Shown one piece after another: positions 1 to 13,233 of a DNA stretch of 64,000 nt. The stretch spans positions 2,728,001-2,792,000 of the forward strand of contig OZ024754.1 of the NCBI GenBank assembly GCA_964016885.1. Direction: 5' to 3'. The DNA is from Eledone cirrhosa (Eukaryota). How positions within the stretch are numbered: position 1 is the first letter of the stretch; each line of letters opens with the position of its first letter. The notes under the pieces were generated by a model. It had not been told where the DNA came from, did not search any database, and saw only the letters and a program-made list of their open reading frames with translations. Position numbers and translations under genes: made by a program.

Positions 1-251
1 AACATAATATCGTAACAAAACTTAAGTGACACTGAATGGTTGAGGGCGTGAGGGACTATAAGAGGAGGGGTAAAGGATGATAAGAACTTAACAAGGATAG
101 AATAAACTGCAATATATCAATATCATACATACATTTACTATAAACACACCCGTGTATGTATACACACTGGTACGCATGCACGCACGCATATGAACTCACA
201 AACAGAAAATCACACACAAACACACACGTAGGCACACACACACACACAAAC

Positions 252-353
<102 letters not shown>

Positions 354-357
354 GTGT

Positions 358-529
358 TACGTAATTCCAAAGGAAAAGCAAAGGAAAAAAAGAGTGCTCT
401 GTGTATAGAACAGTGTTATTTAATTGTTATGGATAGCATCTCTGTCTGACGAACGATCCAGACGTATATATTATTATCGTCTGTGATCCAGAAACCTTTG
501 GTAATGGAGTAGTTATATTTTGTGTTGTT

Positions 530-531
<2 letters not shown>
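358..531. mobile_element. Hammerhead cassette family C (PLE-like remnant with 5' inversion)
   Basis: Flanked by (TG)n and (TA)n. 358-425 is the family 3' end in minus orientation, 426-531 the ribozyme segment in plus orientation. A second copy is at 16140-16306. Confidence 0.7.
440..509 (+). ncRNA. Type I hammerhead ribozyme motif
   Basis: CUCUGU-CUGACGA(446-452)-stem II GAUCCAGACG/CGUCUG(U)GAUC-GAAA(491-494)-CC UUU GG-UA-AUGGAG. Stem I is CUCUGU/AUGGAG (two G-U pairs); predicted cut after GUA at 503. Confidence 0.75.
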
Positions 532-601
<70 letters not shown>

Positions 602-603
<2 letters not shown>

Positions 604-840
604 TGTGGTTATTGTGGTTAACCCGATTCAACCAGGGATAAAGTTATATATCTATACTAGCAGTAAAACCCATGCTAGTCCCGTCAACTTATTATATATA
701 TATATATTTATATATTTATCCCGGGTTCAATCGGGGGTAACCACAGTAAGTTAGGTACTCAATACATATCAGAGTATAAATATCGAATATAGAAAAGGCT
801 TCTACAGGACTAGAACTGTTTCATTCCGGAGAAATCATAT
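602..840. mobile_element. Two fragments of hammerhead cassette family A (602-645 plus, 715-840 minus)
   Basis: Match the 3' tail and ribozyme 3' half of 17362-17500. The minus copy reads AUGA-UUUC UCCG GAAU-GAAA-CAG UUCUAGUC CUG-UA-GAAG and is truncated within the CUGAUGA box. Confidence 0.75.
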
Positions 841-980
841 GTATAGAAGTAGTTCCACAACAGTTAGTTTACCAAAACGAAAACAAGTGTTCCACCTGTT
901 GTGGAACTACTTCTACAAAACTCGTCCCATGGACTGAGTGCTGTACTACTACGCATATAACCCTCCAGTGTTCTACTATT
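841..980 (+). mobile_element. Hairpin-plus-tail cassette family E (partial hammerhead 3' half)
   Basis: 20-bp inverted arms at 844-863 and 896-915; the loop contains GAAA-ACA AG UGU-UC; the tail ends in (TA)n. No CUGANGA box. Confidence 0.5.
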
Positions 981-1006
981 ATATATATATATATATAGAT
1001 ATATAT

Positions 1007-1056
<50 letters not shown>

Positions 1057-1125
1057 GAATAAAGAGAGAACAAAAAACAGAGAGGCAGTACAAATGATAT
1101 GGTTTTTAGTTTCACGCCTGGGAGT

Positions 1126-1251
<126 letters not shown>

Positions 1252-1273
1252 TATAGATGTATGTATATATATA

Positions 1274-1406
1274 TAGTAATAGTAATAAATGTGAAGACTG
1301 AAATCCGAAGAGGGCTCGATAAGGGTAATATATATATAAGAATATATAAAACCGTAGAACAAATATTTATTAAAATAACAGATTAAAGTTTAAGCAAAGA
1401 ATCGCT

Positions 1407-1410
<4 letters not shown>
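1274..1410 (-). mobile_element. Hammerhead cassette family D, 5'-truncated
   Basis: Near-identical to 32957-33100 and to parts of 10131-10535; (TA)n on both sides. Confidence 0.75.
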
Positions 1411-1468
<58 letters not shown>

Positions 1469-1514
1469 AAATAAAATAAATAAGTCAAATGTTTAAAATT
1501 TGGCCTCGTTTATT

Positions 1515-1569
1515 ACTGCTATATATATTTCGGTGACAGCCATCTTTGGCTGTGACCTCTTCAGGCAGT
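1515..1569 (-). ncRNA. Type I hammerhead ribozyme motif (family F cassette 1464-1705)
   Basis: Reverse complement reads ACUGC-CUGAAGA-GGUCACAGCCA AAGA UGGCUGUCACC-GAAA-UAUAUA-UA-GCAGU, followed immediately by AAUAAA. Perfect core, 5-bp stem I, 10-bp stem II with one C.C mismatch. Confidence 0.9.
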
Positions 1570-1703
1570 CCGAATTAGTGTGGTAGAGACGAGTACACAT
1601 GTTGTTGAGGTGTTTAACTTTGTCAGTACTCTGATATGCCCAGTTCCTGGTTGGGTTGTTGTTTCACTGAGGAACTGGAATCAACCAACATATACTCAAA
1701 ATT

Positions 1704-1739
<36 letters not shown>

Positions 1740-1745
1740 TGTGTG

Positions 1746-1841
<96 letters not shown>

Positions 1842-1869
1842 GTATATATATATAATATATATATATAAT

Positions 1870-1905
<36 letters not shown>

Positions 1906-1996
1906 CAGTATATATATATGTATATGTATATATATGTATATATATTTCTGATTTTTCGGACCCATGGTTTTTTACATATTCCTTTGTTATATTCCA

Positions 1997-2054
1997 ATAC
2001 CTGATGATATCACCGGAGTCATATGGAACGCGGTCATTGAAATGATCATAGTAT
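1997..2054 (+). ncRNA. Type I hammerhead ribozyme motif (family G cassette 1945-2110)
   Basis: AUAC-CUGAUGA(2001-2007)-UAUCACCG...CGGUCAUU-GAAA(2039-2042)-UGAUCA-UA-GUAU, then AAUAAA at 2055-2060. Stem III is the palindrome AUGAUCAU. Confidence 0.85.
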
Positions 2055-2108
2055 AATAAACCCTTTCAAGGATTTACACCAGTCCAGCCTTCTGTTATTT
2101 TATTTTAT

Positions 2109-2149
<41 letters not shown>

Positions 2150-2782
2150 TAGGTTTCAACTTGTTTAAACAAATGTATTAATTCTTCGGTGATGCTCTTC
2201 CACATATCAGGATTTATAGAAGACTATTATTTTGTGAAATAAATTTGTTATTGATTTTTTATTTATTATTGATCTGGCTAACGTTACTTTCTATAGGATT
2301 GATTAGTCTACATTTCGGCGGGTTCCTGAAGACTTTTTTTTTTTTTTTTTGTGATCTGGGAAGTAATGTATGGCTTTTTCTTGGCTATGCAGTTGGCCTT
2401 TCTACCAATGCTAAATGTTGTTGTTATTGGCCTTGCTTCTGTATCGATGGCGTTGTACAAGGATGTGCTGAGAAGTCCATAGGCTGAATATGAAGAAATG
2501 ATTTCACTTCTTCATCTCAATAACTGCACTGTTTTCTTTTTTGTTTTCTTCCCCTTCCCCCCCCCCCTCCCCCCAGGCACTATGTTGAAAAATAAACCTC
2601 ATTTGGTCATTCCATGAGAGTATCTTTGCCAAACTGTGAAGGAGTGATGCTAGAGCTGTGAAATCTTGCATGCATTCATTTCAACTCTTCTTATTAATGA
2701 CTGCACTGTTTTTTTTAATTCCAGAGACTTTGTTGGAAAATAAACTTCATTTGATCATGGCGGTGGCGGTGGTGGTCGTAGC

Positions 2783-2846
<64 letters not shown>

Positions 2847-3139
2847 ACAGCAGCAGCAGCAGCAGCAGCAGCAGTGGTAAGTATCTGAAAGGCCTCATTT
2901 GTACAAAGGATCCCCATACAAATAACCTGCTATAAAAACTAATACCACTCTTGTTGTTGGTTGTCATGGAGATGGTAGCAACGGTGAAGGGGGTCAGTGG
3001 AGGGGGCGGGGGTAGGAGTACTGTATGTGATGGTTAGATGTTTGGGGTGGGGAGTAGGGTGGGGGTAAAGGTGTAGATAGGTTTAAGGGGGTCGTGGCAA
3101 TTGTAATGGTGTTGAGAGTGATGGGTATTCCTTGGATGT

Positions 3140-3292
3140 GTGGAGGTGGTGGTGGTGGTGGTGATATGTTGGTGGTGGTGTTGGTGGTGGTGATATGTTG
3201 ATGGTGGTGGTGGTGATGGTTGTGGTGGTGGTGGTGCTGGTTGTGCTGGTGGTGGTGATATGTTGGTGGTGGTGATATGTTGGTGGTGTTGG

Positions 3293-3323
<31 letters not shown>

Positions 3324-3850
3324 GTTGGTGGTGGTGGTGGTGGTGGTGGTGGTGCCGGTGGTGGTGATATGTTGGTGGTGCTGGTGGTGGTGCTGGTGGT
3401 GCTGGTGGTGGTGATATGTTGGTGGCGGTGGCAGTGATGGTGGCGGTGGTGCTGGTTGTGGTGATATGTTGGTGGTGGTGGTGGTGATGGTGGTGGTGAT
3501 ATGTTGGTGGTGGTGGTGGTGATGGTGGTGGTGGTGCTGGTGCTGGTGGCGGTGGTGGTGATGGTGGTACTGGTGATGGTGGTGGTGGTGACAGTAGTAA
3601 TGGTGGTTTCGGTGGTGGTGGTGATGATGGTGCTGATGGTGGTGATGTGGTGGTGGTGGTGATTGTGGTTTCGGTGGTAGTGGTGGTTGTGGTGCTGATG
3701 GTGGTGATGTGTAGGTGGTGGTGGTGGTGATTGTGGTTTCGGTGGTAGTGGTGGTTGTGGTGCTGATAGTGGTGATGTGTAGGTGGTGGTGGTGGTGGAG
3801 GTGATTGTGGTTTCGGTGGTAGTGGTGGTGGTGATGGTTGTGGTGATGAA
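3140..3850. repeat. Degenerate (GGT)n trinucleotide array
   Basis: Visible directly; explains the His/Thr/Pro ORF. Confidence 0.9.
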
Positions 3851-3958
3851 GGAACGTCATAATGACAGAAATGGTGACATTGTTAAGGTGGGTGGGGTGT
3901 ACAGGATTTTGCTGTTGTTGTCGTGTTGGGATAGATAGATAGATAGACAGACAGGTAA

Positions 3959-4046
<88 letters not shown>

Positions 4047-4983
4047 AGAGAGAGAGAACTAGAGTGAGAGTTAAAAAAACATTGGCAAAGAAAATAAATA
4101 AATTGTATTAAAAAACAAAAAAGGTAAGTAAACAGTAATATATAATGGAGCGAAGGTGGGAGGAGAGAGTGAGAGAGGAGGAGAGAGAACATGAGAGAGA
4201 GAGGGAGGGAGGGAGGGAGACAAAACGAGAGTGATGGGGAGGGGAGAGGGGGAGAGCATGATAGAGGGAGGGGGAGACAATATGAGAGAGGGTGGAGAGA
4301 CAACATAAGAGAGAGAGGGGAAGAGACAAAACGAGATATGGAGAGGGAGAGAGAACATGAGAGAGTGAGGGGGGAATAAGGAAAGTAAGAAAGAAAGAAA
4401 GAAAGAAAGAAGAAAGAGGAGGAGGTGTAAAGAAAGAGAGAAAGAAAGAGAGGAAGGTGTAAAGAAAGTGGGTTTGAAAGGTGTGTAAACATTGTGAGAG
4501 TTGCCATTTAATTGAACAAGGTGTGAAATAAGACATGTCCTATAGTATTTAGTGATGTGTAAATATAGTGATAACGTGGTGGCATTCATTGTGGTATGGT
4601 GGAGGTGGAGCAGGGTGGTGTGTGGTGGAGGAGGGTGGGGTGGGGTGGAGGAGGGTGGTGCGTGGTGGAGGAGGGTGGAGGGTGGAGGGTGGAGAGGTGG
4701 AAGGTGGTGTGGGGTGAGGTGTGGGGTAGTGTATGGTGAGGTGAAGTGGGACAGTGTGCTGTGCTGTGGTGTGGTGTACTCTGGTCTACTGTGTGGTTTG
4801 GTGTGTAGTGAGGTAGTTTGTGGTGTGGTAGTGTGTGGTGTGGTGGTGTGTGCTGTAGTGTTAGGTGTGGTAGTGTGTTGTGTAGTGCGATATGGACTTG
4901 TGGTGTGGTGTACCGTGTGGTTTGGTGTGTGGTGAATGTGGTGTGTTTTTGCGGTGTCATATAGAATACATATATAGTTAAAC

Positions 4984-5077
<94 letters not shown>

Positions 5078-5295
5078 GTTATGATGTTTAAAGTATAAAG
5101 CTATGGATACCGTTTTTTACAAAGAAGGCATGATCACAAACATTCTGTGAATGAGGTGAGAGGAGGTGAGAGGAGTAATAAATAAAACTGAAAACCTGAA
5201 CAAACAAAAAAAACAAAGCTTCGGAAAGTTACGGCTGATTGCGTAGTCCTATATGGTAACGGATGGGGTGCAACAATCTCTTGTCACGCTAAACT

Positions 5296-5465
5296 CCGCC
5301 ATTGCGGACTGTGCATCAACATAAGATATTTTTCTCCACAAAGTTCGATCACCAACAGAGTTTAAAGAGCAAAGATCACGTCCCGTCCATAAGTTGACAT
5401 TATCAAGCCATCGTTTTGGCTGCTAACCTCTACTTCTCCTACCAGCCAACCTTCCTTCCAAGAAT
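5296..5465 (-). mobile_element. RTE-clade LINE 3' end fragment
   Basis: Minus translation LEGRLAGRRSRG*QPKRWLDNVNLWTG...DRTLWRK is a typical RTE C-terminus; paralogous to 5676-5785. Confidence 0.8.
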
Positions 5466-5473
5466 ATATACTT

Positions 5474-5656
5474 GTTTCTACTTTTGGCACAAGGCCAGCA
5501 ATTACCCAGTACATTACTGGTACTTTATTTCATCGACCCCGTAAGGATGAAAAGCAAAGTTAACCTCGGCGGGATTTGAACTCAGATCATAAAGGGACGT
5601 AACTCTATGCTGCAAAGCATGGTGTCCGACTCTCTACCGATACTGCCAATCCACCT
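5474..5656 (-). mobile_element. tRNA-derived SINE family 1 (Meta/MESC-like central domain)
   Basis: A-box TGGCAGTATCGG, B-box GAGTTCAAATCC, core TTTCATCCTTACGGGGTCGAT..AAAGTACC; about 10 copies in the window. Confidence 0.85.
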
Positions 5657-5675
5657 TTCGATTACCAACAGCAGC

Positions 5676-6554
5676 AGAGTTTAGAGAGCAAAGATCAAGT
5701 CCAGTCCATAAGTTGACATTGTCAAGCCATCCTTTTGGCTGCCAACCTCTGCTTCTCCTAGCAGCCAACCTTCCTTCCAGGCATAACTCACAGCATGAGT
5801 TGATCTTTTGATATGACCGTAAAGATTGAGTACTCTTGACCTGACAACTGACGTGATTAGTCTAAGTTTGGTAATGTTGAGCAGCTCACTGAGTCGCTTG
5901 CCAGTCATAAGTCTCATGATGTGGTTCTGGAATGTAGAGAGCTTCTGAAGTGACCTTTTCGTCCAATTAACACAGTCAAGACCATATAACACAACTGGTA
6001 TGATGTAAGGATCAAAGATCTTAGACTTCAAATGATAGGAAACTCGTTTTGATGTTAGTACTTCCTTGTTCTTGTTGAAAGCTGCCCAACCCAGAAGGAT
6101 GCGATACTGCACAACCATTCCATTGTTGTTTGATGATAGTTTGTGACTGAGATATACAAACTCCGTAACTTGAGCAATTTCCTGATTGTAGATTGTGAGT
6201 TGGAGACTGGCATTGTTTTTATCAGTTGTCATACATTTTGTTTTGGAGATGTTGATGTGTAAGCCAGCCTCCAGCGAATGTTTGGCCAGTACATTCAGAA
6301 AGTCTTGCAGATCAGTTCTAGAGTAACTCATGATGGCCAGATCGTCTGCATAGCTAAGATTTGATAGGATTTTACCTCCTGTTTGATAGCCAGAGGAGCA
6401 TTCTTCGTTAATTTGGAAAATAAGAGCAGCTATAACTATACAGAAAAGAAGTGCTGATAGTACATCCCCCAGCTTAACTCCCTTCAAGATGTCTATACAC
6501 CGTGTAGCTCCCAAATCTGTTTTGATATATGGTGTTGAGTTGATGTTTCTCTCA

Positions 6555-6555
<1 letters not shown>
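5676..6555 (-). pseudogene. RTE-clade non-LTR retrotransposon reverse transcriptase, 5'-truncated
   Basis: Motifs KGVKLGDVLSALLF, LSYADDL, GLHINISKTKCM, EFVYL, PVVLYGLD; frameshift near the C-terminus; ends at a (TA)n tract. Confidence 0.9.
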
Positions 6556-6591
<36 letters not shown>

Positions 6592-6592
<1 letters not shown>

Positions 6593-6672
6593 CTTCTCTG
6601 ATGATCTTTGCTTTTCCATTAATATCCATGTGATATCTAATGTTTTGCAAAATGAAACTGTACAGTAAGAGC
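6592..6672 (+). ncRNA. Type I hammerhead ribozyme motif with long stem II
   Basis: GCUUCU-CUGAUGA(6598-6604)-stem II UUUGC..CAUUA AUAUC/GAUAU.UAAUG..GCAAA-GAAA(6654-6657)-CUGUACAG-UA-AGAGC. Stem III is the perfect palindrome ACUGUACAGU. The cassette (6587-6790) is flanked by (TA)n. Confidence 0.8.
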
Positions 6673-6785
6673 TACCCGAATAGGTAAATATTTATATTAT
6701 ATTTTTTAATTTTGATTAATTTTAATTGTAAATTAATTTTGATTTATTTTGAAAAATTGGTTGAATTTTACTTGTTCTGCTTATC

Positions 6786-6853
<68 letters not shown>

Positions 6854-7169
6854 TACAAAGAGAGACAGAGAAGATGGGTGTAAGGTGGTGAATTTGAAAC
6901 ATATAGTAATATTTAGTGACAAAACCGTGGGAAGAAATATAAAAAAGTACATAATGTCACTCTTAGTCACATACATACATACATACACATACATACATAC
7001 ACATATACATACACTCATACAAACATACATACATACACATATACATACACTCATACAAACATACATACATACATACACACACACACATACATACATACAT
7101 ACATACATACATACGTACATACATACACATATACATACATATATACATACACTCATACATACATGTGTT

Positions 7170-7217
<48 letters not shown>

Positions 7218-7339
7218 CATGTATCTACGTCTAACCCCATGTGATGTATGATACATAAATTAGGTGTTGTTCATAATAAATTACCCACTTCATTAAAACT
7301 GTTAAAGTATCAATGTGACATATACTAAACAAATAGTTG

Positions 7340-7438
<99 letters not shown>

Positions 7439-7458
7439 ACACATATATATATATACAT

Positions 7459-7505
<47 letters not shown>

Positions 7506-7591
7506 CAAATATATATATGTATACATATATGTGTATATATATATAAATATATATACATATATGTGTGTGTTCTTTAACCTGTTTGTCCATC

Positions 7592-7676
<85 letters not shown>

Positions 7677-7939
7677 AACAGCAGGACAATCAATTTTAAC
7701 CCCCCCACACAGCCACACAACTCTACTTGTCCTCCATCTTATCAGGTGACAACAAACTTTAGCCTCGGTTTCAAACACATTTCGCTACTTGAAACATTTA
7801 CTAAAACTTCATTTACAACTTGGAAATGTTTAACGCCACGATAAACTGTGACGTGTCTTTTGTTAAAGACGATATCGTTATCTCGAGTTTCTGGAATTTG
7901 CTGTATGTATGTGATTGATAATCGTGAAGGTACCTGTCG

Positions 7940-8105
7940 TAAGTGGTTAGAATGTTCGGCTCACAATCATAAGGTCGTGAGTGTGATGCTCGTTGAAGCT
8001 TTGCCCTTTATGTCAAGTTGCGTCAGTCAATTCAACCGGGAGAAATTAATTGTACCTGTAATTCAAAAGGGTTTGCTTCTTCTATGTTGTGTCACATTGA
8101 ACACG
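7940..8105 (+). mobile_element. Degenerate tRNA-derived SINE
   Basis: AGTGGTTAGAATGTTCGGCTCACAATCATAAGGTCGTGAGT resembles the head of SINE family 2. Confidence 0.5.
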
Positions 8106-8489
8106 TGTGTGTTTGTAAATATATACATATATACATAAATTAAAAAAATAATTTATTTTTTTAATTTATCTTGACTCTGTTTTCCTGTATTTTTCATCGA
8201 AAAAATAAAAAAATTAAAAAAAAAATGTTTTGAATACATCTCTTTTCATGATATTCGGATTACATTGAGTTCTTCATACGGATTGGACACTACCGTATAT
8301 TTTGGTAGATTTATCTACATATATATATACATATATATATGTGTGTGTATATAAAACTTGTTTATTTATTTATGTTCAGACATCATGGCTATAATGTTAT
8401 AGCGATTTCTGTCTAATAAATGTTAACTACACGACCTCCACCGACCCGAAGCTGTGCTAGAAAATACTTGCATAAGGTACCACACAAGC

Positions 8490-8590
8490 CACAGGTGTGA
8501 GCCTCACCAGATGGAATGGCTCTTCCAGCGCATCTCCCTTACCATCCTCCGGGGAAAAGCCTTCTCCATTCTGTCTGCCGGGACTGTGGG
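8490..8590 (+). mobile_element. CRE-like (RLE) non-LTR retrotransposon C-terminal fragment
   Basis: EWLFQRISLTILRGKAFSILSAG resembles the QRIS.A..RGNA..IL motif ending CRE-clade ORFs. Confidence 0.65.
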
Positions 8591-9381
8591 GAGGCCAGCT
8601 CGTGGGACCCCATTTGTTCACAATACAGAGAGATGGGGAGGGCGAGAGAGATGGAGGCGATGACAGTGGGAGTCGGCTCTTCTGTGTTCGGATACATTGA
8701 ACCTGTCATGTGAATCATGTGATATGTTTGTGGTACTATCTAAGTACCACACTATATTATTTCTCCAGAACGTACGGTAGACAAATCCGGATATTTCTTA
8801 GTTTTATTGTAACCTCATCAGCGAAGCATAGTCATCTGAAATAACTATACACTATCTGCAAATATAAGCTTCACCATACTTGCTGAAAAGTTTGGACAAT
8901 ATACGAGATAAATAAATATTCATTGAGTTATAACCTTTTCTCCTCATCATATAACAATTTTAATACTTCTTGTATAAAACATGTTAACACAAAGATACAT
9001 TTTTTTTTTTAATTATCCAACACAAATACAAACATATGTTAGCAAGAGGGACTGTCGTAACATGACTCAGCAAAAACAATTTCAAATAGCTTAGAATTCT
9101 TCAAATTTTAAAGAAAGTTTAAGAGATATTAATTGAATCTGAGAAACCATGTTTGCCACAACGACATAATATTATATATTATAGAGTTTAACATGAAACA
9201 ACAGGTTCGATATTATAATAACTATACTAAATACAACTCTTGAAGCTGATAGAGACACAGCAACTGCATTCCTCATATTTCATATTTTATAATCATATAT
9301 CAAGTTTTCACCTGCTCCATATAATTCTAGATTGCAATGTATCATAGAAACTAAGTACATGACAATGGAAATGTGTGTATA

Positions 9382-9479
<98 letters not shown>

Positions 9480-9533
9480 ATGCATATATATCTATATCTA
9501 AATATATATAAATATATGTATAAATATATGTAC

Positions 9534-9616
<83 letters not shown>

Positions 9617-9653
9617 GTGTGTGTGTGTGTATATATGTGTGTGTGTATATATA

Positions 9654-9690
<37 letters not shown>

Positions 9691-10053
9691 GAATTGTTTT
9701 CTTCAGTTACAACTATCAATATTGAAGGCGGTTTGAATTCTAGGTTTTTATTTCACAATTTCTATTTCGGTTGTTTTGTTCTAACTTCCATTATATTTGA
9801 TTTTTCTTTATAGAAAGAGAACCCAAAACCTTTCTACAAAGCCACCCCCATCCACCGCTACTCGCGCCCACCTCAAAAACTTAAACATTTATATAACAGT
9901 ACAGACTTGTAAGTGTATGAAGGCTTCAGAATTAAGTTATGTGACATGTTGCTTCACTACACTCAAGTGCATTGTGGAATAAATTAACTGAATTGACTTA
10001 AACAGGAAATCGATTCAAAAATTCAAAATATAGATAACTAAGCGGTGACTTAC

Positions 10054-10105
10054 CATTTTCTTGTTCACAGACCTCATCAGAGAAAGGTTGAAACACCGTG
10101 TTGTT
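10054..10105 (-). CDS. Candidate 52-nt internal exon of an unknown gene
   Basis: cattttcag|AACAAC...GAAAATG|gtaagt; strong acceptor and donor; frame 0 is open (NNTVFQPFSDEVCEQEN). No homology recognised. Confidence 0.4.
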
Positions 10106-10130
10106 CTGAAAATGATAATATATATATATA

Positions 10131-10535
10131 TAGTAATAACAATAAATTTGAAGACTAAAATCCAAAGAGGGCTCGATGAGAATAAATATATATCAAATAT
10201 ATAAGAACCGTAGAGCGCCAGAGAATGTCTCTATGAACCACCTAAGAGAACATTAGTCTACGACTTCTTTTATACCATTAACGTGGTTATGTCTTTGCGT
10301 GTAATTGTTTTACACCGCTCCTATTAATGACGTATTATATTCGTTTTTTTCCCGTTCTTTGCTAGGGAACTTTTCCACGAACCAAAGTATCGTCTTTCTG
10401 TCTTCCCCCAGTTGCAACGGGTTTTGAAATATTCACTTCTGCGTTCACAGATTGACTTTGTTAGTTTCAGAAGATCCCGTTAAGGGTGAAAGCACCGATT
10501 ATTTGCTTAAACTTTAATCTGTTATTTTAATAAAT
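10131..10535. mobile_element. Hammerhead cassette family D, longest copy, with 5' inversion
   Basis: 3' tail in minus orientation (10131-10214) joined to an upstream segment in plus orientation ending with AATAAA; (TA)n flanks. Confidence 0.75.
10447..10522 (+). ncRNA. Type I hammerhead motif, U4A core variant, extended stem I
   Basis: ACAGAUUGA..AGUUU-CAGAAGA-UCCC GUUAA GGGU-GAAA-GCA CCGAUUAUU UGC-UU-AAACU UUAAUCUGU. Confidence 0.7.
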
Positions 10536-10740
10536 ATAAATATATATATATATATACAGACATAAGTACATTCACAATATTTTACTTGCCCCAATAACTT
10601 TCTTTAGTTATTGCTCGCACCAACCAGAGGTATATGATTTTTAAAGCGATGAAATACCAATGAAAGTTGCAAGATCACTGATGAAGGACTAATTTTATTT
10701 ATATGTAACCATGTGCAACCACGCAGCACTCCATTTTTCT

Positions 10741-10847
<107 letters not shown>

Positions 10848-10979
10848 ACATATGCATATATATATATCTACATATATATATATCTACATACATAAGTACA
10901 TACACAGTCAAATATATATATATATACATACATCCATATATATATAGAGAGAGAGGTATACAGTCAAATACATACATAC

Positions 10980-11070
<91 letters not shown>

Positions 11071-11154
11071 TAAATATATAAATACATCAGTACATACACT
11101 GTCAAATATATCCATACATACATATATATATATATATACACATACAGTCAAATA

Positions 11155-11700
11155 CATACATAGGTACATATATACATACATAAGCACATATACACATACA
11201 TAGGTACACATATACATACATAAGTATATATATATACATACATAAGAACATATATACATACATAAGTATATATATATACATAAGTACATATATACTACAT
11301 AAGTGCATATATACATAGATAAGTACATATATACATACATAAGTGCATATATACCTACATAAGTACATATATACATACATAGGTACATATATACATACAT
11401 AAGTATATATATACATACATAAGTATATATATACATACATAAGTACATATATATATACATAAGTACATATATACATACATAAGTACATATATACATACAT
11501 AGGTACATATATACATACATAGGTACATATATACATAGATAGGTACATATATACATACGTACATATATACATACATAAGTACATATATACATACATAAGT
11601 ACATATATACATACATAAGTACATATATACATACATAGGTACATATATACATACATAAGTATATATATACATACATAAGTATATATATATATACATAAGT
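11155..11700. repeat. 20-bp minisatellite (AAGTACATATATACATACAT)n
   Basis: Visible 20-bp periodicity; explains the 347-aa ORF. Confidence 0.9.
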
Positions 11701-11876
11701 ATATATATACATCCATCGGTACATATATATTAAACTATTCAATTATTTTTCACCAATCTCTGACACTTCACCTGCCCTTCTAGATTTTTTATTTTTTTCT
11801 TCTTCGTCAGATCGTTTCTTCCTCGTCGTTTCATATAACTATTTTTTTAATATCTCATTCCATCTGTTTTCAGAAC

Positions 11877-12078
<202 letters not shown>

Positions 12079-12202
12079 AATATATATATATAAACATATA
12101 TATATATAACCATATATATATATGTATGTATGTATATGTATATATATATATATATAAACATATATATATAAACATATATATATGTGTGTGTGTGTGTGTG
12201 TG

Positions 12203-12242
<40 letters not shown>

Positions 12243-12325
12243 ACTATATATCTATATTTCTATATATTTCTCTCTCTCTCTCCCTCTCTATCTCTCTCTC
12301 TCACTCCATATATATATATATATAT

Positions 12326-12361
<36 letters not shown>

Positions 12362-12551
12362 TCTTATTCCATATGTTTTCACAAGTGATCTCCGAAGTGA
12401 TTTCCAAAACATCACAATTTATTTTCAATATAGTCTTTCGGCTTTTTTATCGCAGCCTGACGTGAATGTTGTCTTTGTTTGTTTCACTAAATATGACTTA
12501 TATTTCTATATTCTGTGTGTGTGTGCGCGTGAGAGAGAGAGGGGGGGGGGG

Positions 12552-12613
<62 letters not shown>

Positions 12614-12937
12614 TGTATTATGTCAGTGCGTTATTCGAAAATGAATTTGTATTTTTAAATCTAATATTATTCTGAATATTCAATATACTAGGTATGTAAT
12701 ATGATGAGTTAGAATTAAGGGGTACAGTGTATCCTTTAACAAGTCACTCTCGTGCTGCGCTAGTCCAAGTAGCTAGAAAAATAATGAAATGTACCAGTAA
12801 TACAAGGGGTCAGCTTCGTTAAACGCGATGTCTCGGCGTTGTATGTACCTGAGAATAACGTGAAGATTTTACACGTCTGTGAAATACTGAGCTTTGTGAA
12901 ACAAGCTGTCTCGCTGTAGTATGTAGAGCTGAGAGGG

Positions 12938-12992
<55 letters not shown>

Positions 12993-13088
12993 CAGCTCCC
13001 ACCTATGCAGGTTTAGCTGGCCTCCTTCAAGGTATATCTCAGAGGTGTCTTGGGTGATTTTAACGATAGGGACTCCAGTCCCTATCAT

Positions 13089-13233
13089 CTCATTTCTACA
13101 GCTGAGTAAACTGGAGCAACGTGAAATAAAGTGTCTTGCTCAAGTAAACAACACATCACCCGGTCCGAGAATTGAACTCACAACCTTTCGATTGCAAGCC
13201 CAATGCTGTAACCACTAAGCCATGCGCCTTCAC
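13089..13233 (-). mobile_element. tRNA-derived CORE-type SINE family 2
   Basis: A-box TGGCTTAGTGG, B-box GAGTTCAATTC, core CTTGAGCAAGACACTTTATTTCACGTTGCTCCAGT. Confidence 0.85.

Noticed and set aside
2994-4985. His/Thr/Ser-rich ORFs, and all YI/CV/TH ORFs elsewhere
   Set aside because: Translations of microsatellites.
8775-8825. Minus-strand CUGAUGA..GAAA with palindrome AUCCGGAU
   Set aside because: No stem I pairing found.
10050-10085. CUGAUGA...GAAA on the minus strand
   Set aside because: No convincing stems I or II; better explained as part of the candidate exon.
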